From assembly GCA_031409655.1 (NCBI GenBank), contig JANNXQ010000127.1, positions 32,001 to 96,000 of the forward strand: a stretch of 64,000 nucleotides of DNA, in the 5' to 3' direction. The notes under the pieces were generated by a model. The model was not told where the DNA came from and did no database searches. It was given only the letters and a program-made list of their open reading frames with translations. The position numbers and the translations under genes are program-made. Positions 18,923 through 32,611 of the stretch are shown in pieces; within the stretch, counting starts at the first letter, position 1, and every line of letters begins with the position of its first letter. Source of the stretch: Chthoniobacteraceae bacterium (GTDB lineage Bacteria > Verrucomicrobiota > Verrucomicrobiia > Chthoniobacterales > Chthoniobacteraceae).

Positions 18923-19840
18923 TCAGACCCGGACCCACTCGAAAAATCCCATTTGCTCCAGTTCCGAGTGCAGGGCTCTGGTTTGCTCAGGGTCGAGACT
19001 TGCACAAGGCAACCGTGCCGGGCCGACATCGACGCCGAGCATTTTCATCACCGCCTTTGCTGCGCCCATGTAACCGTGAGCGGCGAGCTTTTGAATGACG
19101 CGCACGGAGCGCATCTGCTCTCCGCGTGCGCCGATGAGATCGCCGCGTTGAAAGGCGGCGATGAGGCGGTTGTAGATCGGCGCAGCAAAGTTGAAGGAAC
19201 TGCCCACTGCTCCGCTGGCCCCGAGCGCGAGCGCCCCGAGCAGCACCTCATCAAAACCAAATGGGATGTCGAAAGCGCCCTCCTGCGCGGCCCGGCAGAG
19301 CTGATACTCCATGAGATTGCTGCTCGTGAATTTGATGCCCGCCAGATTTGGGATTCGCACCGCGGCCTGCGCAAGGAATTCGGAGGGTGACAGACTGAGG
19401 CCCGTCATGCTCGGCATCTCGTAGTAGTAGAAAGGCAACTCCGGCGCCGCGGCTGCGATCTGCGCGATGCTCTCGACCAGCGCCGCGACATTGGCCGGCT
19501 TGAAATACGAAGGGGCCAGCGCACTCACGGCCACCGCCCCGAGTTCCTGAGCCTGCGCTGCGAGAACTCGCGAGTCCGCGAGGCAATTTGAGCCCACATG
19601 CACGATCACCTTGAGCGCAGAACGGCGGGTCACCTCAAGCCAGCGCCCGCACAATGCACGACGTTCCTCCAGCGTCAGCGAACTGCTCTCACCGGTGGTG
19701 CCGCCGATAAAAGCGTGACCAACTCCGGTGCTCTGCAGATGAGTTGCCTGTTGCTCGACGATGGTGAGATTGAGCGAGCCATCGGGATAGAACGGAGTGT
19801 GAGTGGCAGCGGCGAGGTCTTGGATGCGGTGTGTCTTCAT
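18923..19840 (-). CDS. nanA: N-acetylneuraminate lyase / DHDPS-family aldolase
   Basis: GGTTGE, PFYYY, GIKFT, GAVGSSFN; adjacent to the sialidase. Confidence 0.8.
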   Translation of the reverse strand: MKTHRIQDLAAATHTPFYPDGSLNLTIVEQQATHLQSTGVGHAFIGGTTGESSSLTLEERRALCGRWLEVTRRSALKVIVHVGSNCLADSRVLAAQAQELGAVAVSALAPSYFKPANVAALVESIAQIAAAAPELPFYYYEMPSMTGLSLSPSEFLAQAAVRIPNLAGIKFTSSNLMEYQLCRAAQEGAFDIPFGFDEVLLGALALGASGAVGSSFNFAAPIYNRLIAAFQRGDLIGARGEQMRSVRVIQKLAAHGYMGAAKAVMKMLGVDVGPARLPCASLDPEQTRALHSELEQMGFFEWVRV

Positions 19841-19994
19841 GAGTTACCCCTTCTTTAAGGCAGAAGTCTCCCAATCCAGGCCAACGAATTACCGGTTGTT
19901 TTTGCGGACATGGGTCCGCCCCAGCGTCGCGCTGCGCAGAAAGGTCGGCTGGCAGCAGGTTCTCGGCATTTTTGGACGGGACTGCATTCAGTGG

Positions 19995-21371
19995 TCAGTC
20001 CGTCGGCAGCGCGTCGCGGTCGCCCTTGGAGAGCTGGTTCATTTGCGCGCGCAACGCCGCGACATTCTCCGGCATCTTCGCGGCGAGGTCGGCGGTTTCG
20101 TTAGCGTCGGTGGCGAGGTTGTAAAGCTCGGCGGATTCGGCGGGAGGCTCGTCGCCTGGCTTCGCCCCACCTTTGCGGGCGACGATGAGCTTCCAGTCGC
20201 CATCGCGCACCGAGCGGGCGTTGAAGTTGGGGCCCACGGTGTAAATCGTACGCGGCGGCACCGGCTCCGCGCCCGTGAGTTGCGGCCAGATATTTTTGCC
20301 GTCCCACTTCAGATCCCGCTCCGGCACATAGCCCGCGAGCGCGCAGAAGGTCGGCATCCAGTCGCTGATGTGCGCGACGCCTGCAAACTTACCGGGCTTC
20401 AACTGGCCCGGAAACGAAACGAGCGTCGGCCCGCGAATACCGCCTTCATACACTTGCCCCTTCTGTCCGCGCAGCGGACGATTATTACCCACGAGTTTGC
20501 CGGTGGGGCAGTGGTCATCGGGATAGTGCAGATCGTTGTTCTCGGAGGTGTTGCCGCCGTTGTCGCTGGTGAAGACCACGATCGTGTCCCCACGCCGGCC
20601 TTTCTTTTCCACGGCGGCCAGGATGCGGCCGACGGCATCGTCGAGATGCATGACGGATGCTCCGTAGTGCCGCGCCACCTCGCCCTGGACCGCGGACGGC
20701 ACCCGCGCGACCCACTCCTCCGGTTCCTTCAGCGGCAGATGCACCGCGGTAAAGGGCAGGTAGAGGAAAAACGGGGCCTCGCCGCGCGCCTCGATCCAGC
20801 GGATGGCCTCAGCAGCGATGAGGTCGGTCGCGTGGCCCGTCTCCTCGACGAACTTTTCATTGCGATGCCAGGTGCGGCTGAATGCACCCTCCTTATATCG
20901 GTGATTCCACGGGCTCACGCCGCCTGCAAGCGAGCCGTAGCTGTGGTCGAAGCCAAAGTGATTTGGCCCCTGCTCCGGCACTGAGCCGAGATGCCACTTA
21001 CCCATGAGCGCAGTATCGTAACCCACGGACTGGAGGGCCCGCGGGAGCGTGACGGTGTCCCAGCGATACGCGCGGTGGTTCTGCGGAGTCGTGACTCCGA
21101 AGCGTGTCGCATAGCGGCCACTGAGCAAGGCCGAGCGTGTCGGACTGCAAACGGGATAGACGTAATGCTGCGTCAACTCCATCCCCTCTTCTGCGAGCCG
21201 GTCGAGATGCGGCGTGGGCACATTACCCCGGTGAAACGCCACGTCCGCCCAGCCGAGATCGTCAGCCATGATAAAAACGAAGTTGGGTTTGGTAGTAGAT
21301 GGGGCGGCTCGGAGCGTTGCCAGCGGACCCACCAGCAGGGCAGCAACGAGAGTAATGTGAGTTGGGTTCAT
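19995..21371 (-). CDS. Arylsulfatase (formylglycine-dependent S1)
   Basis: PNFVFIMADDLG, CSPTRSALLSGR, GKWHLG. Confidence 0.93.
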   Translation of the reverse strand: MNPTHITLVAALLVGPLATLRAAPSTTKPNFVFIMADDLGWADVAFHRGNVPTPHLDRLAEEGMELTQHYVYPVCSPTRSALLSGRYATRFGVTTPQNHRAYRWDTVTLPRALQSVGYDTALMGKWHLGSVPEQGPNHFGFDHSYGSLAGGVSPWNHRYKEGAFSRTWHRNEKFVEETGHATDLIAAEAIRWIEARGEAPFFLYLPFTAVHLPLKEPEEWVARVPSAVQGEVARHYGASVMHLDDAVGRILAAVEKKGRRGDTIVVFTSDNGGNTSENNDLHYPDDHCPTGKLVGNNRPLRGQKGQVYEGGIRGPTLVSFPGQLKPGKFAGVAHISDWMPTFCALAGYVPERDLKWDGKNIWPQLTGAEPVPPRTIYTVGPNFNARSVRDGDWKLIVARKGGAKPGDEPPAESAELYNLATDANETADLAAKMPENVAALRAQMNQLSKGDRDALPTD

Positions 21372-21377
21372 TGATGC

Positions 21378-24302
<2,925 letters not shown>

Positions 24303-24312
24303 GGCGCAGATG

Positions 24313-25731
24313 TCAGGCGAGAATGCTCTTGAGCACATGCCCATGCACGTCGGTGAGGCGGCGGTTCGCGCCGTTGTGGTAATAGGTCAGCTTCTCGTGA
24401 TTGAGGCCGAGCAGGTGCAGCACGGTGGCGTAGAAGTCATAGACCGTGGCCACATCGACGACGGAGCGGCGGCCGAAGTCGTCGGTCTCGCCGTAGCTCA
24501 CGCCGCCTTTCACGCCCGCGCCCATCATCCAGGTGGTGAAGGCATCGGGATTGTGGTCGCGCCCGCTGGTGCCCTCCTGATGCGTGGGCATGCGGCCAAA
24601 CTCGGTGCACCACACGACGAGCACGTCGTTCAACATGCCGCGCTGTTTCATGTCGGTTAACAGCGCCGCCGTCGGCTGATCGAAGATGGGACAATGCCGC
24701 TCGTAGTCGGCCTTCAGCGTCTTGTGCGCGTCCCAGTTCAGAAGGCCGTCCACGGCGCTCGCACGCGATGCGCAGTAGAGCGAGACGTAGCGAACGCCTT
24801 GCTCCAGGAAGCGGCGGGCGAGCAGGCAATTCTTCGCGTAGTCGGCCTTGAGCTTATTGCGGTCGGTGGTGCCGTAGAGTTCGTGAACGTGCCCGGGTTC
24901 GGCGGAAAGGTCGCTCACTTCCGGTGCGGTGAGCTGCATCTTCGCGGCGAGTTCATACGCGGCCATGCGGGCGCGGAGTTCGTCATTGCCGGGATGCGCG
25001 GCGGCGTGCTCGGCATTGATGAGCTTCAGGAAATCGCGCGTCGCCTGTTCATCGTCGGCCTTGATGGAAGCGGGTCGCGCGAGGTTGCGCAGCGGCTGCT
25101 GCGCGGCCATCGACACCGCTTGATACTGCGCGGAGAGAAAGCCGTTGCTCCAGTTCGCCTTGCCGTTCGGCGGTTCGCCGCGCACGTCCTGAATCGCGAT
25201 GTAAGTCGGCAGGTTCTCATTCGTCGAACCAAGCGCATAGCTGACCCACGAACCCGCGCTGGGGAAGCCCTCGCGGGTGAAGCACGAGTTCATGTAGATG
25301 CAGCCCGGCCCGTGGGTGTTCGTGCGCGAAGTCATGCTGTGGATGATAGCCATGTCGTCCACATGCTTCGCCATGTGCGGCAGCATCGTGGAAATCATCT
25401 TCCCGCTCTGCCCCGCCGGAGCAAACGGCCACGGCGACATCATGAGGTTGCCGTTCTTGCCCTGAAACGTGACCTCCTTGTCCGCTCCCGGCATCGGCGT
25501 GCCGTGAAACTTCTCCAGCATCGGCTTGTGGTCCCACAGGTCCATGTGCGACGCCGCACCGGGGCAGAAAATCTGCAACACTTGCTTCGCCTTCGGTGCA
25601 AAGTGGGGCTGGCCCAGCGGTGCGGCAGCGAGTTCGTCGGTGAACAGACGCGAGAGCGCAACGCCGGTGAGGCCGGTGGTCATCTGGCCGAGGAAGTGAC
25701 GACGGGTGAAGGAATCGAGGAGGGGGTTCAT
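24313..25731 (-). CDS. DUF1501 family protein (Tat signal)
   Basis: TRRHFL, HFAPKAKQV, SHMDLWDHKP, WDAH, EFGRMP, GRDHNP, RLTDVHG. Confidence 0.93.
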   Translation of the reverse strand: MNPLLDSFTRRHFLGQMTTGLTGVALSRLFTDELAAAPLGQPHFAPKAKQVLQIFCPGAASHMDLWDHKPMLEKFHGTPMPGADKEVTFQGKNGNLMMSPWPFAPAGQSGKMISTMLPHMAKHVDDMAIIHSMTSRTNTHGPGCIYMNSCFTREGFPSAGSWVSYALGSTNENLPTYIAIQDVRGEPPNGKANWSNGFLSAQYQAVSMAAQQPLRNLARPASIKADDEQATRDFLKLINAEHAAAHPGNDELRARMAAYELAAKMQLTAPEVSDLSAEPGHVHELYGTTDRNKLKADYAKNCLLARRFLEQGVRYVSLYCASRASAVDGLLNWDAHKTLKADYERHCPIFDQPTAALLTDMKQRGMLNDVLVVWCTEFGRMPTHQEGTSGRDHNPDAFTTWMMGAGVKGGVSYGETDDFGRRSVVDVATVYDFYATVLHLLGLNHEKLTYYHNGANRRLTDVHGHVLKSILA

Positions 25732-25881
25732 GGCGAGCGACAATAGTGAGTGGTCGGAAGTGATCGTCCGGAAGCAAGGACCGTCGGCACGAATCACCGT
25801 TTCAGCGCGGCGATCTTAGTGGAGTAGCGGGTCCACGCGGCAGCAGCGTGTCGCCCCTCGCGGATCGAGGCGGCGTCAGGC

Positions 25882-26400
25882 TCAGCGACCCGGCCTGCGA
25901 TCCGCGCGCTGTTCCGCGGGCGAGGTGCTGGCGGAAGAATGGTCCGGAGTGGAGAAATAGTGCCGCTTGATCGGACGGAACAGCCCGGCTGCATCTGGCT
26001 GCGGGATTTCGGCTGGAGGTGGGGACTCGGCGATTGGGAATTCCCGGCGCGAGCTCTCGATATCCTCGCTTGCCTTCGCCTGGAAGTTGGAAAGTTCCCG
26101 AATGCTGCCTTCGATCAAGCCCTTGAGGATGGAGCGGGCTTCGTCGGAGAGGTTGGGGTTGTGCCATTCATCTAACATCTCCTGCATGACAGCATCGAAG
26201 TCCCCCATCGCTTTCTCGGCATCTTCCATCTGGACTTCGAGGGATGCCGGTTCCTCTTTTATGCCTTTCATCATCGCTTCGAAATCCAAGGTGGAGGCAT
26301 CCTCCGGGGAGCTGGTTTTTGCTGGAAGTGGCGGGATGGGAGTCCCGCAAAAAAGTTGCCGAATTCGCGCGAGGAGGAGTGCGGTAAAGCGCTGTTTCAT
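25882..26400 (-). CDS. Hypothetical acidic helical protein
   Basis: 172-codon ORF filling the gap; lower GC than neighbours; no recognised motif. Confidence 0.55.
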   Translation of the reverse strand: MKQRFTALLLARIRQLFCGTPIPPLPAKTSSPEDASTLDFEAMMKGIKEEPASLEVQMEDAEKAMGDFDAVMQEMLDEWHNPNLSDEARSILKGLIEGSIRELSNFQAKASEDIESSRREFPIAESPPPAEIPQPDAAGLFRPIKRHYFSTPDHSSASTSPAEQRADRRPGR

Positions 26401-26608
26401 AGCGGGTGGGGTAGTTTTCTTTGGGTTGGGCCTTTGGTCGGCGAAATTTCCAGCGGCGAGAGTAATTAATGAAATAGTACTCGGGCGTGAAGGCAGTTCA
26501 AGTGACGCGAACGAGCACCCTTGCGGCGGCTCTCTGGGCAGCAATGGACGAAGGCTAAGAGGCGCGGGTAACTTTCCTCCTCTCCGCTAAACCGATCCCG
26601 GCACTGCG

Positions 26609-27808
26609 TCAGGGCTTGTAGTAAGGCCCTAGGTGCTCGAGCACGCGGGCGCGGAGTGCTTCGCCGTCCACACTGCCGGTGTGCCGCCAGATGATGCTGC
26701 CGTCGGGCGCCACGAGCACGCTGTGCGGGATGCCGCCGGGCCACTCGGGATCGAGCGCGTTCATCAGCTCCTTGGTGTCCGTCCCGGTGAAGAGGTAACT
26801 ATTCGTGGTGCGCCCTTCGGCGGCGAGCGAGGCCTTTAACTTCCCGACCAAACCTGCGCCTTGTTTTTCGAGAAACGCTTTCACCTTTGCCGCGTCCGAG
26901 GCCTCGTCGGTGCTGATGGTGATGAGTTCAAAGTCGCGCAGGCCAAACTTCCGCGAGGTGGTGACCAACTCCGGAAATTCGGCCACACAGGGCGCGCACC
27001 ACGTCGCCCACACGTTAAAGAGGCGCACTTTCTTAGTCCCGTTCTTCCGCAGCGCGGTGACGCCCGCGAGGTCGATCTTCTCCACGTCCACGGGTGTGCT
27101 GTTCCACTTTTCGGTCTTCTCGGCGACGGAGGATTTCTTGGTCATCCACTTTGTCGAGCAGCCGTGTGGCTTCGTGATCGCGACGGGCACTGGCTGGCCT
27201 GCGAGCAAAGCCTCGACGGCCACACGTGCGTCCTGGGTCTTGACCGTCGCGGGATCGGCATACTTGGAATCATCGAACTGACCTTTGTAACGGAGCTTTC
27301 GCCCCGCATCGAAGATGAAGATGTGCGGTGTCGCGAGGCAGCCATAGGCCTTGGAGACAGACTGCGTCTCGCCATCGTAAAGGTAAGGAAAAGTGAAGCC
27401 GGATTCCGCGGCATACTTCTTCATGTCGTCAAAGCCGTCGTTGTACTTCGAGTAACCCAACTCATCGATGCTCAGGCCGTCGGGATTGTTCGGATTGATG
27501 GCGATGAGCGCCACGCCTTGGTCCTTCGTATCCTGGAGGAGCTTCTTGATCCGCTCTTCAGCGGCGTGGGAGTCGGGGCAGTGATTCGATAGGAAGGCGA
27601 CGACGAGGATCTTCGCGTCTTGGTAGTCGGCGAGCGCGTGCGTTTTGTCGTCGATGCCCGGCAGCGAGAAATCCGGCGCGGCGTCGCCGATGGCCAGATC
27701 GCGGGCATCGCCCGGAAGGGCGCTTTTGGCGGGCTTCGCGGAATCGGCGGCGCGCAGAGATGCGGAGCACGCGAGGAGGACGAGGAGGCTGAGCTTGAGC
27801 AGGTTCAT
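26609..27808 (-). CDS. Secreted two-domain redoxin (AhpC/TSA + TlpA-like)
   Basis: APDFSLPG, NHCPDS, second domain NVWATWCAPC. Confidence 0.88.
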   Translation of the reverse strand: MNLLKLSLLVLLACSASLRAADSAKPAKSALPGDARDLAIGDAAPDFSLPGIDDKTHALADYQDAKILVVAFLSNHCPDSHAAEERIKKLLQDTKDQGVALIAINPNNPDGLSIDELGYSKYNDGFDDMKKYAAESGFTFPYLYDGETQSVSKAYGCLATPHIFIFDAGRKLRYKGQFDDSKYADPATVKTQDARVAVEALLAGQPVPVAITKPHGCSTKWMTKKSSVAEKTEKWNSTPVDVEKIDLAGVTALRKNGTKKVRLFNVWATWCAPCVAEFPELVTTSRKFGLRDFELITISTDEASDAAKVKAFLEKQGAGLVGKLKASLAAEGRTTNSYLFTGTDTKELMNALDPEWPGGIPHSVLVAPDGSIIWRHTGSVDGEALRARVLEHLGPYYKP

Positions 27809-27999
27809 GGGAGCGATGGAACTTGCTGGTCGTAGCACGTTCGCGGAGAGCGCAGGAGTTCTTTTGCATGGAGTCGCGGAGAGATCTCCCATTCCGAAGT
27901 GTTTTTCCTTGTCCGAATCGCCACGGTCAGTGCCGTTAGAGGCGTCCGAGGTTTCGCTTCGGTCCCTTGCCCGCCCCGATTCGTCCTTTTCCTCCACCC

Positions 28000-29895
28000 A
28001 TGAATCTCTCCCGCCGCTTCCTCCTCAAACTTGCCGCGCTCTTCACCTGGCGCGGGCCTTCCACCTGGCTCCACGCTGCTGAAGCCGCGAATCCGCAGCC
28101 CTTCGGTGCGGAGTTTCCGAATCTCGATTCGCTCGCGGTCGGCGAGTGGTGGAGCAAGAAGTCGCGGGAGAAGAATCCGCCTCCTTCGCTCGATGTGCCG
28201 CGCGAAGACGTCGTCGCATTTGCCCTCTACACGCAGGATCGCGGCGTGCTGAAAATGACGGCCCAGCTCTATCCGCTGAAGCCGGGCGAGGAACTCGCGG
28301 CGCGGCTGGAGGTGCGGCGCGACGGGCAGTGGCAGGAGATTTCCAAGACGCCCGTGGTGCTGCCGGGCTGGAGCGCGCATTTTCGCGTGGAAAAATGGGA
28401 TGCGAGCAAGGACGTGCCGTATCGCGTGCGGCATGGGGAGAAGGCCACGTTCGAGGGGCTCATCCGGCGCGACCCGATCGACAAGGACGAGATCGTCGTC
28501 GCGAACATGTCGTGCAACAGCAGCCGCACGACGGGCGAGCGGCCCGAGATCATCGCGCATCTGCGGGCGCAGAATCCCGACCTGCTTTTCTTTGCGGGCG
28601 ATCAGACCTATCGGCACACGGAGCACACCGCGGGGTGGATCGAATTCGGGCTGCAATTCCGCGATGTGATGCGCGACCGACCCACGATCTCGATCCCGGA
28701 CGATCACGATGTCGGGCACGGAAATCTGTGGGGGGAAAATGGCAAGCGTTCGACGATCCAGGGAGATGCCGACGGGGGTTACCGCTATCCGGTCGAGTAT
28801 GTGAATCAGGTCCAGCGGCAGCAGTCGTGGAATCTGCCCGATCCCGTGGATCCCGCGCCCGTCGAGCGCGGGATCAGCGTCTATTTTACGCGGCTGCGCG
28901 TCGGTGGCGTGGACTTCGCGATCCTCGAAGATCGCAAGTTCAAGAGCGGCCCTGCCGGCAAAATCCCACAGATGGGACCGCGCCCGGATCACATCAATGA
29001 TCCCAGCTACGATCCGAAGACCATCGACCTGCCTGGCCTGCAATTGCTCGGCGCGCGACAGGAGAAATTCCTGCACGAGTGGGGCCAGGACTGGACCGGC
29101 GCGGAGATGAAAGCGGTGCTCTCGGCGACTGCTTTCTGCGGTGCCGTGCACATGCATGGCGGGCGCGAGCAGCGCCTGCTCGCCGATCTCGATTGCAACG
29201 GCTGGCCGCAGATGCCGCGCAACCGCGCGCTCGAATCCATTCGCCGCGCCTGGGCCGTGCATCTCTGCGGCGATCAGCATCTCGCCGTCGTGGTGAAAAA
29301 TGGGATCACCGATTTCGGCGACGGCCCCTACGGCTTCACCAGTCCCGCGCTCGTGAACACGATCTACGGACGCTGGTGGCATCCGCTCGACGAAAAGCCC
29401 GGCCCGAATCCGGTGCCCGGCAGCCCGCTGCCGTGGACCGGCGATTTCAAGGACGGCCTCGGCAACAAAATCTCGATGCTGGCTTACGCGAATCCCGCCG
29501 ACGTGAAGGACGAGAAGCAGCGCGCCGACGGCTACGGCCTCGCGCGCTTCCACAAGAAGACGCGGAAGATCACTTTCGAGTGCTGGCCGCGCTTTTCGGA
29601 AAAGGAGCAATTCCCCGGCTGGCCCATCACCGTGGCGATGGAGGCGAACGACGGGCGCAAGGTCGCGGGCCATCTGCCGGAGCTGATCTTCGAGGGAGCG
29701 GCGAGTCCCGTGGTGCAAGTGATCGAGGAAAAGAGCGGCGAGATTTTGTACACCGTCCGAGTGCAGGACGACCGCTTCCACCCGCGCGTCTATGCGCCCG
29801 GAAAGTACACCGTGAAAATCGGCCGCGATCGTCCCGATGGACAGACCCTCACCGGCCTCGAACCCGCGGACGCTGAACGGCGGATCAAAGTGTGA
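28000..29895 (+). CDS. Tat-exported PhoD-like metallophosphoesterase
   Basis: SRRFLLK; FAGDQTY, PDDHDV, CGDQH. Confidence 0.8.
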   Translation: MNLSRRFLLKLAALFTWRGPSTWLHAAEAANPQPFGAEFPNLDSLAVGEWWSKKSREKNPPPSLDVPREDVVAFALYTQDRGVLKMTAQLYPLKPGEELAARLEVRRDGQWQEISKTPVVLPGWSAHFRVEKWDASKDVPYRVRHGEKATFEGLIRRDPIDKDEIVVANMSCNSSRTTGERPEIIAHLRAQNPDLLFFAGDQTYRHTEHTAGWIEFGLQFRDVMRDRPTISIPDDHDVGHGNLWGENGKRSTIQGDADGGYRYPVEYVNQVQRQQSWNLPDPVDPAPVERGISVYFTRLRVGGVDFAILEDRKFKSGPAGKIPQMGPRPDHINDPSYDPKTIDLPGLQLLGARQEKFLHEWGQDWTGAEMKAVLSATAFCGAVHMHGGREQRLLADLDCNGWPQMPRNRALESIRRAWAVHLCGDQHLAVVVKNGITDFGDGPYGFTSPALVNTIYGRWWHPLDEKPGPNPVPGSPLPWTGDFKDGLGNKISMLAYANPADVKDEKQRADGYGLARFHKKTRKITFECWPRFSEKEQFPGWPITVAMEANDGRKVAGHLPELIFEGAASPVVQVIEEKSGEILYTVRVQDDRFHPRVYAPGKYTVKIGRDRPDGQTLTGLEPADAERRIKV

Positions 29896-29977
29896 CGGTG
29901 CTGCGGACCGCAAGTCCGCGCCATTTTGGTTTGTCCCAAAATCCACCCACTCGCGCCGTTACTGGAAGCATTCCCCC

Positions 29978-31300
29978 ATGCGCATTCTCAACTTCCTCCT
30001 GCTCCTCGCGATGAGCCCCGCTGCGGCCCTTGCGGCGGCAAAGCCAAACGTCCTCCTCTTCTATGTGGACGATATGGGTTGGGCGCAGCCGGGTTGCTTC
30101 GGAGGAAAACTCGCGCCGACGCCGAATATTGACGCGCTGGCAGCGGGCGGTGTGCGCTTCACCGATGGTTACTCATCCGGTTGCGTGTGCTCGCCGGGCC
30201 GCGTGGGTTTGCTCACCGGACGCTACCAGGCGCGCACCGGGCACGACGCGAATCCGAACCGCGCCGGCAAGGAACTGCTGCTCAGCGAGACGACGATGGC
30301 GCAGCGGATGAAGGCGCTCGGCTACGCGACGGGCATCGTCGGCAAGTGGCACCTCGGCAACACCTCGCCGGAGTTTCTACCTGCCGCGCGAGGGTTCGAT
30401 TTTTCCATGGGCACGGTCGGCAATCTGGGTGAAGGCAAAGGCCCGTCGTTCTATCGCGGCAAGGAACTGCTGCAGGAACTGCCCGGCGCGCCGGTCACGT
30501 CACCGATCTACGCACGCGAGTCGCTCGCCTTCATCGAGGCGCACAAGGGCCAGCCGTGGTTTCTCCATCTCTCGTTCAATGCGGTGCATTCGCCGATCGT
30601 CGCGTCACCGCATTGGCTGGAGAAGTTTCAGCACCTCGACAAACGCCAGCAAGCGTACGCCGCGCTCACGGCGGAAGCGGACGCGGCGATCGGCGCGGTC
30701 ATGGCAAAGTTGCGCGAGCTGAAGATCGAGGAGAACACCCTCATCTTTTTCCTCAGCGACAATGGCGGCGCGTCGCCCCTCGCGGAGATGGGCGGGCTGC
30801 GCGGGCGGAAGTGGTTCGTCTGGGAAGGCGGCATTCGCGTCTCGTGGATCGCCGCATGGAAAGGCCGCATCCCCGCCGGGCGCGTCTCGCACGAGCCGGT
30901 CATCCAGCTCGACGTGCTGCCCTCCGCGCTCGCCGCGGCCGGCGGTGCAGTGAAACCCGAGTGGCAGCTCGACGGCGTGAATCTTCTCCCGCTGCTCGAA
31001 GGCCGGGCCGACCAGCTCGCGCCGCGCGCGCTCTACTTCCGCTTCGGCGTGCAATACGCCGTGCGCGAGGGCGACTGGAAACTCGTCAAGGCGTCGAAGG
31101 ACATGACCCCGATGCTCGTGAACCTCGCCGCCGACCTCGGCGAGCAGACCGATCTCACTGCGCAGCAGCCGGAGAAAGCGCAGGCATTGCAAACGCGCTT
31201 CGATCAATGGAACGCCACGATGCAACCGCCGCGCTGGGAAGATCAGCGCTGGAACGGCGACCCGGAACGCAAGACCGCGAAGAAAGCTAAAAGGAAATAA
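29978..31300 (+). CDS. Sulfatase (S1)
   Basis: PNVLLFYVDDMG, CSPGRVGLLTGR, GKWHLG. Confidence 0.92.
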   Translation: MRILNFLLLLAMSPAAALAAAKPNVLLFYVDDMGWAQPGCFGGKLAPTPNIDALAAGGVRFTDGYSSGCVCSPGRVGLLTGRYQARTGHDANPNRAGKELLLSETTMAQRMKALGYATGIVGKWHLGNTSPEFLPAARGFDFSMGTVGNLGEGKGPSFYRGKELLQELPGAPVTSPIYARESLAFIEAHKGQPWFLHLSFNAVHSPIVASPHWLEKFQHLDKRQQAYAALTAEADAAIGAVMAKLRELKIEENTLIFFLSDNGGASPLAEMGGLRGRKWFVWEGGIRVSWIAAWKGRIPAGRVSHEPVIQLDVLPSALAAAGGAVKPEWQLDGVNLLPLLEGRADQLAPRALYFRFGVQYAVREGDWKLVKASKDMTPMLVNLAADLGEQTDLTAQQPEKAQALQTRFDQWNATMQPPRWEDQRWNGDPERKTAKKAKRK

Positions 31301-31307
31301 CCCATCC

Positions 31308-32603
31308 ATGAAAACACTCCTCACCACTCTCCTCGCCGTGGCCGTACTGAGCAGCCTCACCACCGCCGAGGCCGCCGTAGCCAAGCCGAACATCATCTTC
31401 ATACTCGCCGACGATCTCGGGATCGATGGCGTGAGCTGCTACGGCGCGGACAAGCACAAGACGCCGAACATCGACAAGCTCGCGGCGTCGGGCACGCGCT
31501 TCGAAACGTGTTACGCGGCGCCGCTCTGCGGCCCTTCTCGTTGTCTGCTGATGACGGGTCGCTACGCCTTCCGCACCGGCGGCATCACCAATGGTTCGTG
31601 GCGCGGGGATGGGCCGGGCGCGAAATCAAAGGACGAGTGGTCGATCGCGAAGGTACTCAAGCAGAGCGGATACGTGACGGGCGAGTCGGGCAAATGGCGG
31701 CAGGTCGGCGAGACGCCGCGCGATTGGGGCTTCGATGAATACTGCACGGACCCGACGGCGGGCGGCTGGTTTTGGAAGGATAGCTACGAGAAGAACGGCG
31801 AGCAGGTCAGCGCGCCCGGCTCCTACAACCCGGACATCATTCAGGCGTTCAGCCTCGACTTCATCCGGCGGCACCAGAGCCAGCCGTTCTTCCTCTACTA
31901 CCCGATGCACCTCGTGCATGGCCCGATCCTCCGCACGCCGGACACGAAGGAAGGCAGCGACCTCTACAAGGATAACATCGCCTACATGGACAAGCAGGTC
32001 GGCGCGATCGTCGCGGAGGTGGAGAAGCTTGGGCTGCGCGAGAAGACGCTCATCATTTTCTCCGGCGACAATGGCACCGCACTCAATAACCCGAGCACCA
32101 TCGGCGGACGGATGATCAACGGGAAAAAGGCCTCGATGCTCGAAGGCGGATCGCGCGTTCCCTACATCGCGAGCTGGCCCGGCACGACGCCCGCGGGGAA
32201 GGTGAGCAAGGATCTCGTGAGTTTTGCGGATCAGCTTCCGACCTTCGCCGCGCTCGGCGGCGCGAAACTGCCGGACGGGGTGAAGATCGATGGCGTGAGC
32301 CTCGCGCCGCAGCTTCGCGGCGAAAAGGGCACACCGCGCGAGTGGGCTTACGTGCAGCTCGGTGCAAAGTGGTTTGTGCGAGAGCAGGGCTGGAAGATGA
32401 ATGAGAGCAGCGAACTCTTCGACATGAGCGATGCGCCCTTCGTCGAGAAGCCGGTCGCGCCCGCTGCCGACACCGACTTTAGCAAGGCCGCGCGGGCGCG
32501 GCTGACGGCGGTGCTCGCGGAACTCAATCCCGCCGGCGGCAAGACCGACGGAGCCGGTGGCGCGAAGGCGGGCAAGAAGCGGAAGAAGAAACAGCAAAAC
32601 TAA
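31308..32603 (+). CDS. Sulfatase (S1)
   Basis: PNIIFILADDLG, CGPSRCLLMTGR. Confidence 0.92.
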   Translation: MKTLLTTLLAVAVLSSLTTAEAAVAKPNIIFILADDLGIDGVSCYGADKHKTPNIDKLAASGTRFETCYAAPLCGPSRCLLMTGRYAFRTGGITNGSWRGDGPGAKSKDEWSIAKVLKQSGYVTGESGKWRQVGETPRDWGFDEYCTDPTAGGWFWKDSYEKNGEQVSAPGSYNPDIIQAFSLDFIRRHQSQPFFLYYPMHLVHGPILRTPDTKEGSDLYKDNIAYMDKQVGAIVAEVEKLGLREKTLIIFSGDNGTALNNPSTIGGRMINGKKASMLEGGSRVPYIASWPGTTPAGKVSKDLVSFADQLPTFAALGGAKLPDGVKIDGVSLAPQLRGEKGTPREWAYVQLGAKWFVREQGWKMNESSELFDMSDAPFVEKPVAPAADTDFSKAARARLTAVLAELNPAGGKTDGAGGAKAGKKRKKKQQN

Positions 32604-32611
32604 CCCACCGA

